A DNA stretch of 64,000 bases from Nemertoderma westbladi (Eukaryota; Animalia; Xenacoelomorpha), in assembly GCA_032718475.1 (NCBI GenBank), contig JAUCBJ010007863.1, positions 62,001 to 126,000 on the forward strand. Reading direction: 5' to 3'. The notes beneath the pieces were generated by a model, which saw only the letters and a list, made by a program, of their open reading frames with translations, was not told the DNA's origin and ran no database searches. This document shows positions 37,548 through 51,571 of the stretch, one piece after another; position 1 is the first letter of the stretch, and each line of letters starts with the position of its first letter. Position numbers and translations under genes: made by a program.

Positions 37548-40500
37548 CAATGAACCAATGAACCAATGGACCATGTGTTTATTCGACAAAATCGAGGAAG
37601 GTGTACTTTTATATGGCGAAACACATGACATAATTGTAGTAGGTGACTTGAACTCCAGGACGGGGACGGAGCTAGATTATATCGACAGCGACGATTTCAC
37701 TGGAAATAGTTTCTTTGACAATTTACTACCTCCAGATTATATTTATGACTCTGACGATATATGGGGAGGTGTGCAGAAAATTAGAAACAACTGTGATAAA
37801 GTGGTTAACCAATATGGGAGAAGACTATTGCAATTGTGCCGGTCGACTGGTCTTAAGATAATGAATGGACGGGTGGGTGAAGACGCTACCCAAGGACAAT
37901 GCACATACTACTCAGTATCAGGAGCAACAGGATTGGGTAAATCAAATATTGACCTTATGCTAGTTGATACTAAATTATTATGCAACACTGTGGCTTTCAA
38001 GGTTCATGTTGACAGTATGATACCTACAAAACACTGCATGGTAAGCGCAACATTAGCCTGGAAAGCTACAATAAGAGAATGTAATGCCACCCAGGGAAAT
38101 AGTGACAAAAAACATACAAATGACTATAGTACACGGTTCTCATGGAAACAGACAAAAAGTAGTCAGTTCGTGGATCTACTTGGTTCTGACGAATTCAAAG
38201 CCAGCGCAAACAGTCTCTTAGACGACCTCGGAAGTGGCAGTTACACGCAGGAATCTGTCGAAGAAGCAGCCAAGAAGTTAACAGACTGTATACAGACTGT
38301 AGCGGGACAGTTATTTAAAGTGGGGACAAATAACACATGTAAGAGTAGGGATAGTACTAACGACAATAATGAGTGCCTGTGGTTTAATGACGAATGCTTA
38401 GAAAAGCGAACGGCATTTAGGAATGCACTCAATAAGTGGAAGTCTGATCGGACAGTGGCGTCAAAAATCGTTGTATCCCACACCCGTAGTATGTATTGTA
38501 AGACACTGAGACGAGCACGGGCAAATTACAGACGTGACCAGTCACGAAATTTGGAACAGTTAAGTTTGGAGGTAAATGAGACAAGGAAATTTTGGACTCT
38601 ACTGAAAAATTCAACCGGTAACAAAAATAAATCACAACAATCTAAATTATCTCTTGATGACTTCGAAGAACATTTTAGGAACCTATGTTCTGGAACACCA
38701 GAATTTTCGGACATGGGAGTAGATCCACATGTTGACATAGACGTTAATAACAGTAAAAATTTAATGGAAAAGGAACTGTCTCAGCCCTTTACGGAGGATG
38801 AAGTAAATATTGCTATTGACAAACTTAAAAGACACAAAGCCCCGGGAATGGATATGCTACTAAATGAGTTCTTCATTGAAGGTAAAGCAGCCCTTACTCC
38901 ACTAATAACCCCTTTGTTCAATGCTGTGCTCTATTCTGGTAACTTCCCAAGAGCCTGGGCTGCGGCTCTGGTAACGCCAATCTATAAGAATAAAGGTAGT
39001 AAGGATGACGCGGGAAACTACAGAGGGATATCTTTGTTAAGTTGCTTAGGAAAACTATTCACCTCAATTCTAAACTACAGAATTTCCTGGTGGGCAGAAG
39101 GTTTTCAGGTGTTAAACGACTCCCAGGCTGCTTTTCGTGCAGGCTACAGAACAACAGACCATTTGTTTGTGTTAAGTGGGTTGATAAATTATCTCACGTC
39201 TCATGGTAATAAACTGTATTGCGGATTTATAGATTTTCAAAAGGCATTTGACCGTGTGGAACGCGATGCTCTATGGGTGAAACTCAATTGCCTTGGATTT
39301 TCAGGAAAGATATTTCAGGTTATTAAGAGTCTCTATGAAAGTGTGAAGTCGCGAGTGAAATGGAATGGGGGCATATCTGAGGCGTATGACTGCTTTTTGG
39401 GCGTATTGCAAGGGGAATGTTTGTCCCCGGTACTTTTTATTCTTTTTCTCAATGATCTGGAGGCTGAGCTGAGACTTGGCGGTGTGAATGGTATCACCCT
39501 ATCCCACTTGCAGCTATTTCTATTACTTTACGCGGACGATCTGGTACTAATAGCCACCACAGGATCGGACTTACAGAGATCTTTTGATATCTTAGGGGCT
39601 TATTCTGAGTATTGGGGCCTACGGGTTAATCTGGACAAAACAAATGTCGTAGTTTTTCGGAGAGGGGGTTCATTGGCGAGAGGAGACAAATGGTTTTATA
39701 AAGGGGAGAGTGTTGGTGTTGTCTCACAATACAATTATCTGGGAATCACCTTGTCATTTACAGGTAAATTTGCATGCGCCCAAAGAATACTGGCGCAAAA
39801 GGCTGAAAAGGGTTTATTCTCGCTCTATAGGTATTTTATTAAATTCCCAAATTTGTCATTTGCATTGAAGTACAAGCTATTTTCGATATTGATTGCGCCA
39901 ATTTTAAGTTACGGTGCCGATGTTTGGGGATTTCATTCTGCTCCGGCAATTGAGCGTGTTCATTTAGCTTTTTTGAAACGCCTACTTGGAGTAAAACGGA
40001 GCACTCCTGATTTTGCCGTCTACGGGGAAACTGGGGCTGTGCCGCTTTCAGTTTCACGAAAGCTGACAATTGTAAAATTTTGGGTAAGAACTTTGACTCT
40101 CCCGGAGACGAGACTGACTAAACGTATGTATCAGGTACTTTATGAGGATGCACTGCAGGGGTCAGCGACAAACTGGGTTTCAATGGTAAGGGATGTATTA
40201 AATGGCCTGGGCCAAAGTTGGGCATGGGAGTCTCAAAATGTTGGGGATGCCAAATTATTCTTAAATAACGTTAGGGGAGTTTTAATGGATCAATTCATAC
40301 AAGGGTGGTGGGCTGATATATCAAACTCTTCCAAAGGACAATATTACGTTAAAGATAAATTCGGAACAGAAGAATATCTACATTTATTAAAGGACAATAA
40401 TGGCTTACGTCAAACCCTCGCAAGGTTTCGGTGCTCGTCCCACAACTTAGAGATTGAAGTTGGTCGTTGGGATCACAGAGCTGTACAGGATCGGGTGTGT

Positions 40501-40787
40501 AAAATTTGTAACTTAGGGGAAGTAGAACATGAGTACCACTTTCTGCTTGTGTGTCCTGCTTACTCAAATATAAGGCAAACTTATTTACGGCAATATTACA
40601 CTATAAACCCATCGGTATATAAGTTTAAGGCATTACTACGGCGCAAACCAGATTTAAAAAACTTAGCTTTATATCTGAGTAAAGCATTTGCCGTAAGGGA
40701 GCGATTGCTAGCAAGATTATAGTTAATGTGCAATTCAACAATAACATATACGTATGCTTGTTGTCGATTAATAATAATAATAATAAA
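37548..40787 (+). mobile_element. 5'-truncated LINE (RTEX-like) inserted antisense in the E2 gag
   Basis: 6-bp TSD GGTAAC (37542-37547 and 40788-40793), (TAA)n tail; the E2 gag resumes across the insertion. Confidence 0.9.
37566..40722 (+). CDS. LINE ORF2: partial AP endonuclease, reverse transcriptase, C-terminal CCHC finger
   Basis: VVGDLNSRTG, KAPGMD, YRGISLLSCLGKLF, DFQKAFD, GVLQGECLSP, LLYADD, RFRCSSHNLEIEVGRW..CKIC..HFLLVC. Uninterrupted, but the N-terminus is missing. Confidence 0.92.
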
Positions 40788-43700
40788 GGTAACGGCCCCC
40801 TCCATATTTTGACCTGTTCTCGTCCAGGGGGTTCGATGTTCTCACTGCTGTTCGAGTATATTGTTGATATTGTAATGGGGGAATGTCACCCTGCCCCCCC
40901 CCCCCCCCCCCCCACCGGTATGTTTGGTACTGTGGTTGATGTTAATATATTGGGGCCCATACATCTATCTGCAATAACTCTCCCCTCTCCTGGATATATG
41001 TAGTGTCCTTGCATATTATAGACATGCTGCTGTACCGATATAGGCCTACCCACTTCTTGCCTACCTACCGGTATGTACTCTGCGACTTCCGGGTTTAATC
41101 CCGTCGTTCGCGCTACCCTATCGCCCACACTATCTCTCCCAGCATGGCCTATAATAGTATGTGCAGTAAGGCCTACAGTATGCCCTGCAGTCTGCATGTG
41201 CCCTTCCAAACCGAAGTTGAATTCTCTCGAATCTCGAATCTCCCCGCGACTACCGTACTCTCAATCGGCAGCTATATCCCATCGGGAAGTTTCTTTTCGA
41301 TCCCCTCTTCTATTCTCGTCCTCATATTGGTACGTCCTGTACCCCTCTCCTGGCGTGCGGTGCGTTTCTCAGGGGCGATGGCAATCTCCCGAAGTTCGAC
41401 CCCACTGACTGACTAACTCTGTCTCTACTGCCGACGGCTCGCTATCCGTCCTCGCTCTCCGGTTGCTCCTAGCAACGACTCTTCTATTATTATCTTCACT
41501 TCTTCTCTCTTCGACGTCTCGGTTAAACTCTACTAATCTTCTTCTATCTTCGACCTCTTTGTTAAACTCTACTAATCTTCTTCTCTCTTCTGACAGGGCT
41601 CGACTTCTCGTCGCTCGCCCACTCTCGGCGCTAACATCTGACTCTACTCTGTCCAGCTGGACCCTCCTGCGGATACTCGCCATCCCCCTACTATTCTCCG
41701 TCGTCGGGTGCTGCGGTTCACCTAACTTGCCCCGCGCATTATCCGCCGACGCCTGTGGGACATTCTCTGCCCCCCCCCCCTCGTGGTGGGGCGCCCGTAG
41801 CCCCCCCCCCCCGCCACTTCTAACTTCACTATCTCTCACTATACTTCTGCGTCCCTCTTGTCGGACATTCTCTACACCCTTCTCTCGCCACTAATCTTCC
41901 GTGGTGGGGCGCCCGTAGCCCCCCCCCCCCCCCCCCACCCGCTACTTCTAACTTCACTACCTCTTACTTCACTTCTACGTCCCTCTTGTGGGGCGTTCTC
42001 TGCCCCCCCTCTCTCGCCACTGATCTTTTATGGTGGGGCGCCCATAGCCCACCCCCCCCCCCCCACTCGCCACATCTAACTTCACTACCTCTTACTTCAC
42101 TTCTACACCACCCTCTAGTCGACGCACTGTCTCTACTGCGGCTGGGTCTATTCACACCCGCCTCTCTCTCTACTACTGTGTGGCCTACCAGGCCCACCTC
42201 GGGTTGACTCAACCCCGTCGCTCCCTGCCTAACTACGTGGCCTACCAGGCCCCCGTTGGGGTCTCTCGCCCCCGCTACTCCCTGCGCACTAAATGCGTTG
42301 CCTTGCAGGCTACCGTTGGCCGGACTACCTGTGTCTCCTACATTAGTATTAATAGCCCCGTTGTCAATATTATTTGTTAAATCAATTAAATCCTCCAAAT
42401 CAATTAAATTATTTTGCACACCTAAATCAGAAACGGGATTATTATTTAAATTATTTTGTGTATTTAGATTTAAATTATTTGGATTATTTTGAATATTTGA
42501 ATTAATTTTATTATTTGAATTTAAATTTAAATTACCGGGTAAAATATTTCCTGTAATAAAGGGATTAGGGTTATCTACTACGGTACTATTAATATTAACG
42601 TTTTCTAATCTATTGTTATTACCCCCCCCCCCCCCCCGCCCGTACGGTTACACCAGTCTTGGGTCTGTCGTCCGGTCCCTAAGTGGGGTATTAGCAAACG
42701 TTTCTCTCTCTCCATCCTCCCGCAGACTTTGCTCGGCCAACTCTGTCTCTCTCGCAACCCTCTCAAGCCACCTCGCCTCGCGCTCTTTACACTCGCTCGC
42801 CCTTCTCACCTCACGCTCTTTACGCTGACACGCCAGATTTATTTCTAACACCCTTCTTTCTTTCGTGGAGGATGTAGCAGGCTTATCGGTTGCGACGGAC
42901 TCCCGTCGCCCCTCCGTCCTTCTAACTTTCCCCCGCTTTCCAGGGTTCTCGCTGACTGATGAGACCGAATCCTCGGAGTTAACCTCGGATTCGCCCTCGT
43001 GCGGTCCCACCCAACCCAATAACTTAACTCCCCTGGCATCAACTAAGTATGGCCCTACGTACACTACGCTAGGTTCCATACCCCTACATTCCCATAGTTC
43101 AAACAGTTCGCTGGCAACCCCTCTCGCTCTCCCATCAGCTAGTTCTTCCTCCCCAAAGCGCACTAAGCAATCAAAATGTTTATTCGACTCACCTAGCCGC
43201 TTCTCTAGCTTCACCTGATCTAGTTCCCCTCCCTCCTTTGCTTCCTTTATCTGCCTTCTCGTCGCGTTGTAGGCCCGCCTGGTCGCTAACTCCGACGTCC
43301 TTGTCGCCGACATCCTCTCTATCCCTCCGGGTCCGGCGTCGTACCGGCGGCCCCACCGTCACCGTTCCGCTGGGCCGTCCGTCGCCCTCGGCCTGTGGCT
43401 GGCCGGCGAAATCGGCACGTCGACCGCCGTCGTGTGTCGACTTGTCTCTCCTCTCTCTCGACTTGTCTCTCCCTCCTCTCGACTCGTCTCTTCCTCCCTG
43501 TGGTAGACGGCCGCCCTCCGCCTGGGCCGCCGGACCGTCTCTCGTCGACGAATCCGGCCTCGTGGGTTGATACCGTCTCGCCGTGGCCTGGCGGATCGTT
43601 AGGTTGTCGTCCGGGGTCCGCGGCGGTGTCCTCTCTCCTTCTTGACTCATCTTTGTCTCTGGTGGCTGGCAGTCACAGTTTCTCAGGCAGTTCTCAAGAG

Positions 43701-44267
43701 TTTAAGACTGTGACGGGATCCGAGAATCCCAGTTTATCCGGTGTTGTTTATGTACGCGTCCCCGCCGTGTGATTGAAAAGGAGTTTGTTGTTCTTCCAAT
43801 GTTATTGATAATATAAAATGTGGTATACAATAGCAGCAAGTAGATATAATAACAGATAGCAATTGCAGAAACGGTAATATACTAGTAATATGGTGACGGC
43901 GGTGACGGTCTTAAACTGTCACCGTACTGCCATGACTGTACTGAGATAACTGGATAATAAACTAAACATCAACCGGTAATATACTCTAGGTTGGCCGTAT
44001 TACTCAGCTGATGCCCTGCTGTCCCCCCATTGGCTAATAACTCACTTCTCACCCTCCCATCTCCCTGGGAGTGCTTCCCCCCGCTGCTGTCACTCTCTCC
44101 CTCCCGGAGGTGTAACCTCTGACCCCCGCTGTGTGTGTGTTCCCTTGGGGCCTGTTGTCCCCGTTTATTGGGGTGACACGAGGTTGATTGGTAATCAACC
44201 TCGTGCTCCCAATATTGCTTAAAGCCAACTTTGTGTGGGGTGGTTAGCGGAATTGAATACGCTAACA

Positions 44268-46756
44268 AAAATAGTTCGTCCCTATAAAGTAAAATAGTTT
44301 GTCCCTTTAAAGTAAAATAGTTCGTCCCTATAAAGTAAAATAGTTTGCCCCTTAAAGTAAAATAGTTCGTCCCTTTAAAGTAAAATAGTTCGTCTCTTTA
44401 AAGTAAAATAGTTCCTCCCTTTAAAGTAAAATAGTTTGCCCCTATAAAGTAAAATAGTTTATCCCTACAAAGTAAAATAGTTTATCCCTACAAAGTAAAA
44501 TAGTTTATCCCTATAAAGTAAAATAGTTCGTCCCTATAAAGTAAAATAGTTCGTTCCTATAAAGTAAAATAGTTTATCCCTACAAAGTAAAATAGTTTAT
44601 CCCTATAAAGTGAAATAGTTCGTCCCTATAAAGTAAAATAGTTCGTCCCTTTAAAGTAAAATAGTTTGCCCCTATAAAGTAAAATAGTTCGTCCCTTTAA
44701 AGTAAAATAGTTCGTCCCTATAAAGTAAAATAGTTCGTCCCTTTAAAGTAAAATAGTTCGTCCCTATAAAGTAAAATAGTTTGCCCCTATAAAGTAAAAT
44801 AGTTCGTCCCTTTAAAGTAAAATAGTTCGTCCCTTTAAAGTAAAATAGTTCGTCCCTTTAAAGTAAAATAGTTCGTCCCTTTAAAGTAAAATAGTTTGCC
44901 CTCATAAAGTAAAATAGTTCGTCCCTTTAAAGTAAAATAGTTTGTCCCTATAATGAAAAATAGTTCATCCCTTTAAAGTAAAATAGTTCGTCCCTTTAAA
45001 GTAAAATAGTTCGTCCCTTTAAAGTAAAATAGTTCGTCCCTTTAAAGTAAAATAGTTTGCCCTCATAAAGTAAAATAGTTCGTCCCTTTAAAGTAAAATA
45101 GTTTGTCCCTATAAAGAAAAATAGTTCATCCCTTTAAAGTAAAATAGTTCGTCCCTTTAAGGTAAAATAGTTCGTCCCCTTAAAGTAAAATAGTTTGCCC
45201 TCATAAAGTAAAATAGTTCGTCCCTTTAAAGTAAAATAGTTCGTCCCTTTAAAGTAAAATAGTTTGCCCTCATAAAGTAAAATAGTTCGTCCCTTTAAAG
45301 TAAAATAGTTTGTCCCTATAAAGAAAAATAGTTCATCCCTTTAAAGTAAAATAGTTCGTCCCTATAAAGTAAAATAGTTTGCCCCTATAAAGTAAAATAG
45401 TTCGTCCCTTTAAAGTAAAATAGTTCGTCCCTTTAAAGTAAAATAGTTCGTCCCTTTAAAGTAAAATAGTTTGCCCCTATAAAGTAAAATAGTTCGTCCC
45501 TATAAAGTAAAATAGTTTGCCCCTATAAAGTAAAATAGTTCGTCCCTTTAAAGTAAAATAGTTCGTAGCTATAAAGTAAAATAGTTCGTCCCTATAAAGT
45601 AAAATAGTTTGCCCCTATAAAGTAAAATAGTTCGTTCCTTTAAAGTAAAATAGTTTGCCCCTATAAAGTAAAATAGTTCGTCCCTTTAAAGTAAAATAGT
45701 TCGTAGCTATAAAGTAAAATAGTTCGTCCCTATAAAGTAAAATAGTTTGCCCCTATAAAGTAAAATAGTTCGTTCCTTTAAAGTAAAATAGTTCGTAGCT
45801 ATAAAGTAAAATAGTTCGTCCCTTTAAAGTAAAATAGTTTGCCCCTATAAAGTAAAATAGTTCGTCCCTTTAAAGTAAAATAGTTCGTAGCTATAAAGTA
45901 AAATAGTTTGCCCTCATAAAGTAAAATAGTTCGTCCCTTTAAAGTAAAATAGTTCGTCCCTTTAAAGTAAAATAGTTTGCCCCTATAAAGTAAAATAGTT
46001 CGTCCCTATAAAGTAAAATAGTTTGCCCCTATAAAGTAAAATAGTTCGTCCCTTTAAAGTAAAATAGTTCGTAGCTATAAAGTAAAATAGTTCGTCCCTA
46101 TAAAGTAAAATAGTTTGCCCCTATAAAGTAAAATAGTTCGTTCCTTTAAAGTAAAATAGTTCGTAGCTATAAAGTAAAATAGTTCGTCCCTTTAAAGTAA
46201 AATAGTTTGCCCCTATAAAGTAAAATAGTTCGTCCCTATAAAGTAAAATAGTTTGCCCCTATAAAGTCAAATTGTTCGTCCCTTTAAAGTAAAATAGTTC
46301 GTAGCTATAAAGTAAAATAGTTCGTCCCTATAAAGTAAAATAGTTTGCCCCTATAAAGTAAAATAGTTCGTCCCTTTAAAGTAAAATAGTTCGTCCCTTT
46401 AAAGTAAAATAGTTTGCCCCTATAAAGTAAAATAGTTCGTCCCTATAAAGTAAAATAGTTTGCCCCTATAAAGTAAAATAGTTCGTCCCTTTAAAGTAAA
46501 ATAGTTCGTAGCTATAAAGTAAAATAGTTCGTCCCTATAAAGTAAAATAGTTTGCCCCTATAAAGTAAAATAGTTCGTTCCTTTAAAGTAAAATAGTTCG
46601 TAGCTATAAAGTAAAATAGTTCGTCCCTTTAAAGTAAAATAGTTTGCCCCTATAAAGTAAAATAGTTCGTCCCTATAAAGTAAAATAGTTTGTAGCTATA
46701 AAGTAAAATAGATCGTCCCTTTAAAGTAAAATAGTTCGTCCCTATAAAGTAAAATA
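44268..46756. repeat. 23-bp tandem array, distal part (about 108 copies)
   Basis: Same unit continues in register after the LTR insertion. More variants (ccctttaaa, tttgccc, gtagctata) with higher-order repetition. Confidence 0.95.
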
Positions 46757-46979
46757 ATATAAAGAAAAAATATATAAGCTATACTACTAATACTTTTATA
46801 CTATTATACTGTAAAGTAAAATAATATTATGGAATAATATTACGAAAGTGTGCAATAAAAACTTATCAAGCGTACATGTACATGTACAACCCACACTTGT
46901 AACTGGTTCAACGGTTTGTGATGTTTAATTCGATTAATCTGATCACCATATTCTATTTAACCAATATTATTTAACTCAC

Positions 46980-47175
46980 CTGTTTGTAACGAGCGATAAG
47001 ATCCCATATACTCCGTCTCGAGTTGGGATCAACACCAGCAGTCGGTTCGTCTAGAATAATCGTTCGAGAGCCTCCAACGAACGCGATCGCCACGCACAAC
47101 TTTCGTCGCATCCCGCCAGACAGAGCGGAAGTCTTGGCATGTCGAACGGCGTAGAGATCAGTGTCCTTCAATAAA
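46980..47175 (-). CDS. ABCA: ABCA transporter exon: NBD1 signature motif and Walker B
   Basis: Encodes [65 protein letters not shown]; LSGGMxRKL and [10 protein letters not shown] are ABCA-type. Acceptor tttacctttag, donor CAG|GTGAGT, phase 0 end. Paralog not assignable. Confidence 0.95.
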
Positions 47176-47251
47176 CTAAAGGTAAATAATAAAGAAATTA
47201 AAAAATAAACATAACAATAATTAAATAACTGAAAAATGGCGGCGAGGGACC

Positions 47252-50200
47252 ATCTCGTTTATATGCCTAACTATCTCGTTTATATGCCTAACTATCTCGT
47301 TTATATGCCTAACTATCTCGTTTATATGCCTAAATAACTAGTTTATATGCCTAACTAACTAGTTTATATGCCTAATTAACTCGTTTATATACCTAACTAA
47401 CTCGTTTATATGCCTAACTCGCTTACATGCGTAACCAACTCGTTTATATGCCTAACTAACTCGTTTATAGGCCTAACTAACTAGTTTATATGCGTAACTA
47501 ACTCGTTTATATGTTTAACTAACTAGTTTATATGCCTAACTCGCTTACATGCCTAACTAACTCGTTTATATGCCTAAATAACTAGTTTATATGCCTAACA
47601 AACTAGTTTATATGCCTAATTAACTCGTTTATATACCTAACTAACTCGTTTATATGCCTAACTAACTAGTTTATATGCTTAACTAACTAGTTTATATGCC
47701 TAATTAACTCGTTTATATGCCTAACTCGCTTACATGCCTAACTAACTCGTTTATATGCATAAATAACTAGTTTATATGCCTAACTAACTAGTTTATATGC
47801 CTAACTAACTAGTTTATATGCCTAACTCGCTTACATGCCTAACTAACTCGTTTATATGCTTAACTAACTAGTTTATATGCCTAATTAACTCGTTTATATG
47901 CCTAACTAACTAGTTTATATGCTTAACTAACTAGTTTATATGCCTAATTAACTCGTTTATATGCCTAACTCGCTTACATGCCTAACTAACTCGTTTATAT
48001 GCCTAAATAACTAGTTTATATGCCTAACTAACTAGTTTATATGCCTAATTAACTCGTTTATATACCTAACTAACTCGTTTATATGCTTAACTAACTAGTT
48101 TATATGCCTAAATAACTAGTTTATATGCCTAACTAACTCGTTTATATGCTTAGCTAACTAGTTTATATGCCTAAATAACTAGTTTATATGCCTAACTAAC
48201 TAGTTTATATGCCTAATTAACTCGTTTATATACCTAACCAACTCGTTTATATGCCTAACTCGCTTACATGCGTAACCAACTCGTTTATATGCCTAACTAA
48301 CTCGTTTATATGCCTAACTAACTCGTTTATATGCTTAACTAACTAGTTTATATGCCTAAATAACTAGTTTATATGCCTAACTAACTAGTTTATATGCCTA
48401 ATTAACTCGTTTATATACCTAACTAACTCGTTTATATGCCTAACTCGCTTACATGCGTAACCAACTCGTTTATATGCCTAAATAACTCGTTTATATGCCT
48501 AACTAACTCGTTTATAGGCCTAACTAACTAGTTTATATGCCTAACTAACTCGTTTATATGCCTAACTCGCTTACATGCCTAACTAACTCGTTTATATGCC
48601 TAACTAACTAGTTTATATGCCTAATTAACTCGTTTATATACCTAACTAACTCGTTTATATACCTAACTAACTCGTTTATATGCCTAACTAACTCGTTTAT
48701 ATGCCCAACTAACTAGTTTATATGCCTAATTAACTCGTTCATATGCCTAACTAACTCGTTTATAGGCCTAAATAACTAGTTTATATGCCTAACTAACTAG
48801 TTTATATGCCTAATTAACTCGTTTATATACCTAACTAACTCGTTTATATGCCTAACTAACTAGTTTATATGCCTAACTCGCTTACATGCCTAACTAACTC
48901 GTTTATATGCTTAACTAACTAGTTTATATGCCTAATTAACTCGTTTATATGCCTAACTTGCTTACATGCCTAACTAACACGTTTATATGCCTAACTAATT
49001 AGTTTATATGCCTAATTAACTCGTTTATATACCTAACTAACTCGTTTATATGCCTAACTAACTAGTTTATATGCCTAACTCGCTTACATGCCTAACTAAC
49101 TCGTTTATATGCCTAACTAACTAGTTTATATGCCTAATTAACTCGTTTATATACCTAACTAACTCGTTTATATGCCTAACTAACTAGTTTATATGCCTAA
49201 CTCGCTTACATGCCTAACTAACTCGTTTATATGCTTAACTAACTAGTTTATATGCCTAATTAACTCGTTTATATGCCTAACTTGCTTACATGCCTAACTA
49301 ACACGTTTATATGCCTAACTAATTAGTTTATATGCCTAATTAACTCGTTTATATACCTAACTAACTCGTTTATATGCCTAACTAACTAGTTTATATGCCT
49401 AACTAACTAGTTTATATGCCTAACTAACTCGTTTATATGCCTAACTCGCTTACATGCCTAACTAACTCGTTTATATGCCTAACTAACTAGTTTATATGCC
49501 TAATTAACTCGTTTATATACCTAACTAACTCGTTTATATGCCTAACTAACTAGTTTATATGCCTAACTCGCTTACATGCCTAACTAACTCGTTTATATGC
49601 TTAACTAACTTGTTTATATGCCTAATTAACTCGTTTATATGCCTAACTCGCTTACATGCCTAACTAACTCGTTTATATGCCTAAATAACTAGTTTATATG
49701 CCTAACTAACTAGTTTATATGCCTAAATAACTAGTTTATATGCCTAACTAACTAGTTTATATGCCTAATTAACTCGTTTATATACCTAACTAACTCGCTT
49801 ACATGCCTAACTAACTCGTTTATATGCCTAACTAACTAGTTTATATGCCTAATTAACTTGTTTATATGCCTAACTAACTCGTTTATATGCCTAACTAACT
49901 CGTTTATATGCCTAACTAACTAGTTTATATGCCTAACTAACTCGTTTATATGCCTAACTCGCTTACATGCCTAACTAACTCGTTTATATGCCTAACTAAC
50001 TAGTTTATATGCCTAATTAACTCGTTTATATGCCTAACTAACTCGTTTATATGCCTAACTAACTAGTTTATATGCCTAACTCGCTTACATGCCTAACTAA
50101 CTCGTTTATATGCTTAACTAACTTGTTTATATGCCTAATTAACTCGTTTATATGCCTAACTCGCTTACATGCCTAACTAACTCGTTTATATGCCTAAATA

Positions 50201-51571
50201 ACTAGTTTATATGCCTAACTAACTAGTTTATATGCCTAAATAACTCGTTTATATGCCTAACTAACTAGTTTATATGCCTAATTAACTCGTTTATATACCT
50301 AACTAACTCGCTTACATGCCTAACTAACTCGTTTATATGCCTAACTAACTAGTTTATATGCCTAACTAACTAGTTTATATGCTACCTAACTCGCTTACAT
50401 GCCTAACTAACTCGTTTATATGCCTAACTAACTAGTTTATATGCCTAATTAACTCGTTTATATACCTAACTAACTCGCTTACATGCCTAACTAACTAGTT
50501 TATATGCCTAACTAACTAGTTTATATGCCTAACTAACTAGTTTATATGCCTAATTAACTCGTTTATATACCTAACTCGCTTACATGCGTAACCAACTCGT
50601 TTATATGCCTAACTAACTCGTTTATAGGCCTAACTAACTAGTTTATATGCCTAACTAACTGTTTATATGCTAATAACTCGTTTATATGCCTAACTAACTC
50701 GTTTATAGGCCTAACTAACTAGTTTATATGCGTACCTAACTCGCTTACATGCCTAACTAACTCGTTTATATGCTTAACTAACTTGTTTATATGCCTAATT
50801 AACTCGTTTATATGCCTAACTCGCTTACATGCCTAACTAACTCGTTTATATGCCTAAATAACTAGTTTATATGCCTAACTAACAGTTTATATGCCTAAAT
50901 AACTAGTTTATATGCCTAACTAACTAGTTTATATGCCTAATTAACTCGTTTATATACCTAACTAACTCGCTTACATGCCTAACTAACTCGTTTATATGCC
51001 TAAATAACTAGTTTATATACCTAACTAACTAGTTAATATGCGTACCTAACTCGCTTACATGCCTAACTAACTCGTTTATATGCCTAACTAACTAGTTTAT
51101 ATGCCTAATTAACTCGTTTATATACCTAACTAACTCGCTTACATGCCTAACTAACTAGTTTATATGCCTAACTAACTAGTTTATATGCCTAACTAACTAG
51201 TTTATATGCCTAATTAACTCGTTTATATACCTAACTCGCTTACATGCGTAACCAACTCGTTTATATGCCTAACTAACTCGTTTATAGGCCTAACTAACTA
51301 GTTTATATGCGTACCTAACTCGCTTACATGCCTAACTAACTCGTTTATATGCCTAACTAACTAGTTTATATGCCTAATTAACTCGTTTATATACCTAACT
51401 AACTCGCTTACATGCCTAACTAACTCGTTTATATGCCTAAATAACTAGTTTATATGCCTAACTAACTAGTTTATATGCCTAATTAACTCGTTTATATACC
51501 TAACTAACTCGCTTACATGCCTAACTAACTCGTTTATATGCCTAAATAACTAGTTTATATGCCTAACTAAC
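47252..51571. repeat. 21/17-bp mixed tandem array
   Basis: Units tttatatgcctaactaact(c/a)g and cttacatgcctaact..cg with higher-order blocks. Interrupted at 51572 by an LTR. Confidence 0.95.

Larger units (their letters stand above)
33656..44267 (-). mobile_element. Non-autonomous BEL-derived LTR element E2 (gag-protease only) inserted in the 23-bp array
   Basis: LTRs at 43709-44267 (5') and 33656-34164 (3'), TG..CA, 5-bp TSD AAAAT, PPT adjacent to 34164. Gag and protease fragments; no RT or RNase H. Confidence 0.93.

Noticed and set aside
37483-37565. N-terminal extension of the 1079-aa LINE ORF
   Set aside because: Derives from antisense E2 gag and junction sequence upstream of the truncation; chance in-frame fusion.
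1850-51571. Tandem arrays as CRISPR arrays
   Set aside because: No unique spacers, no cas genes, and the context is a spliced eukaryotic gene.
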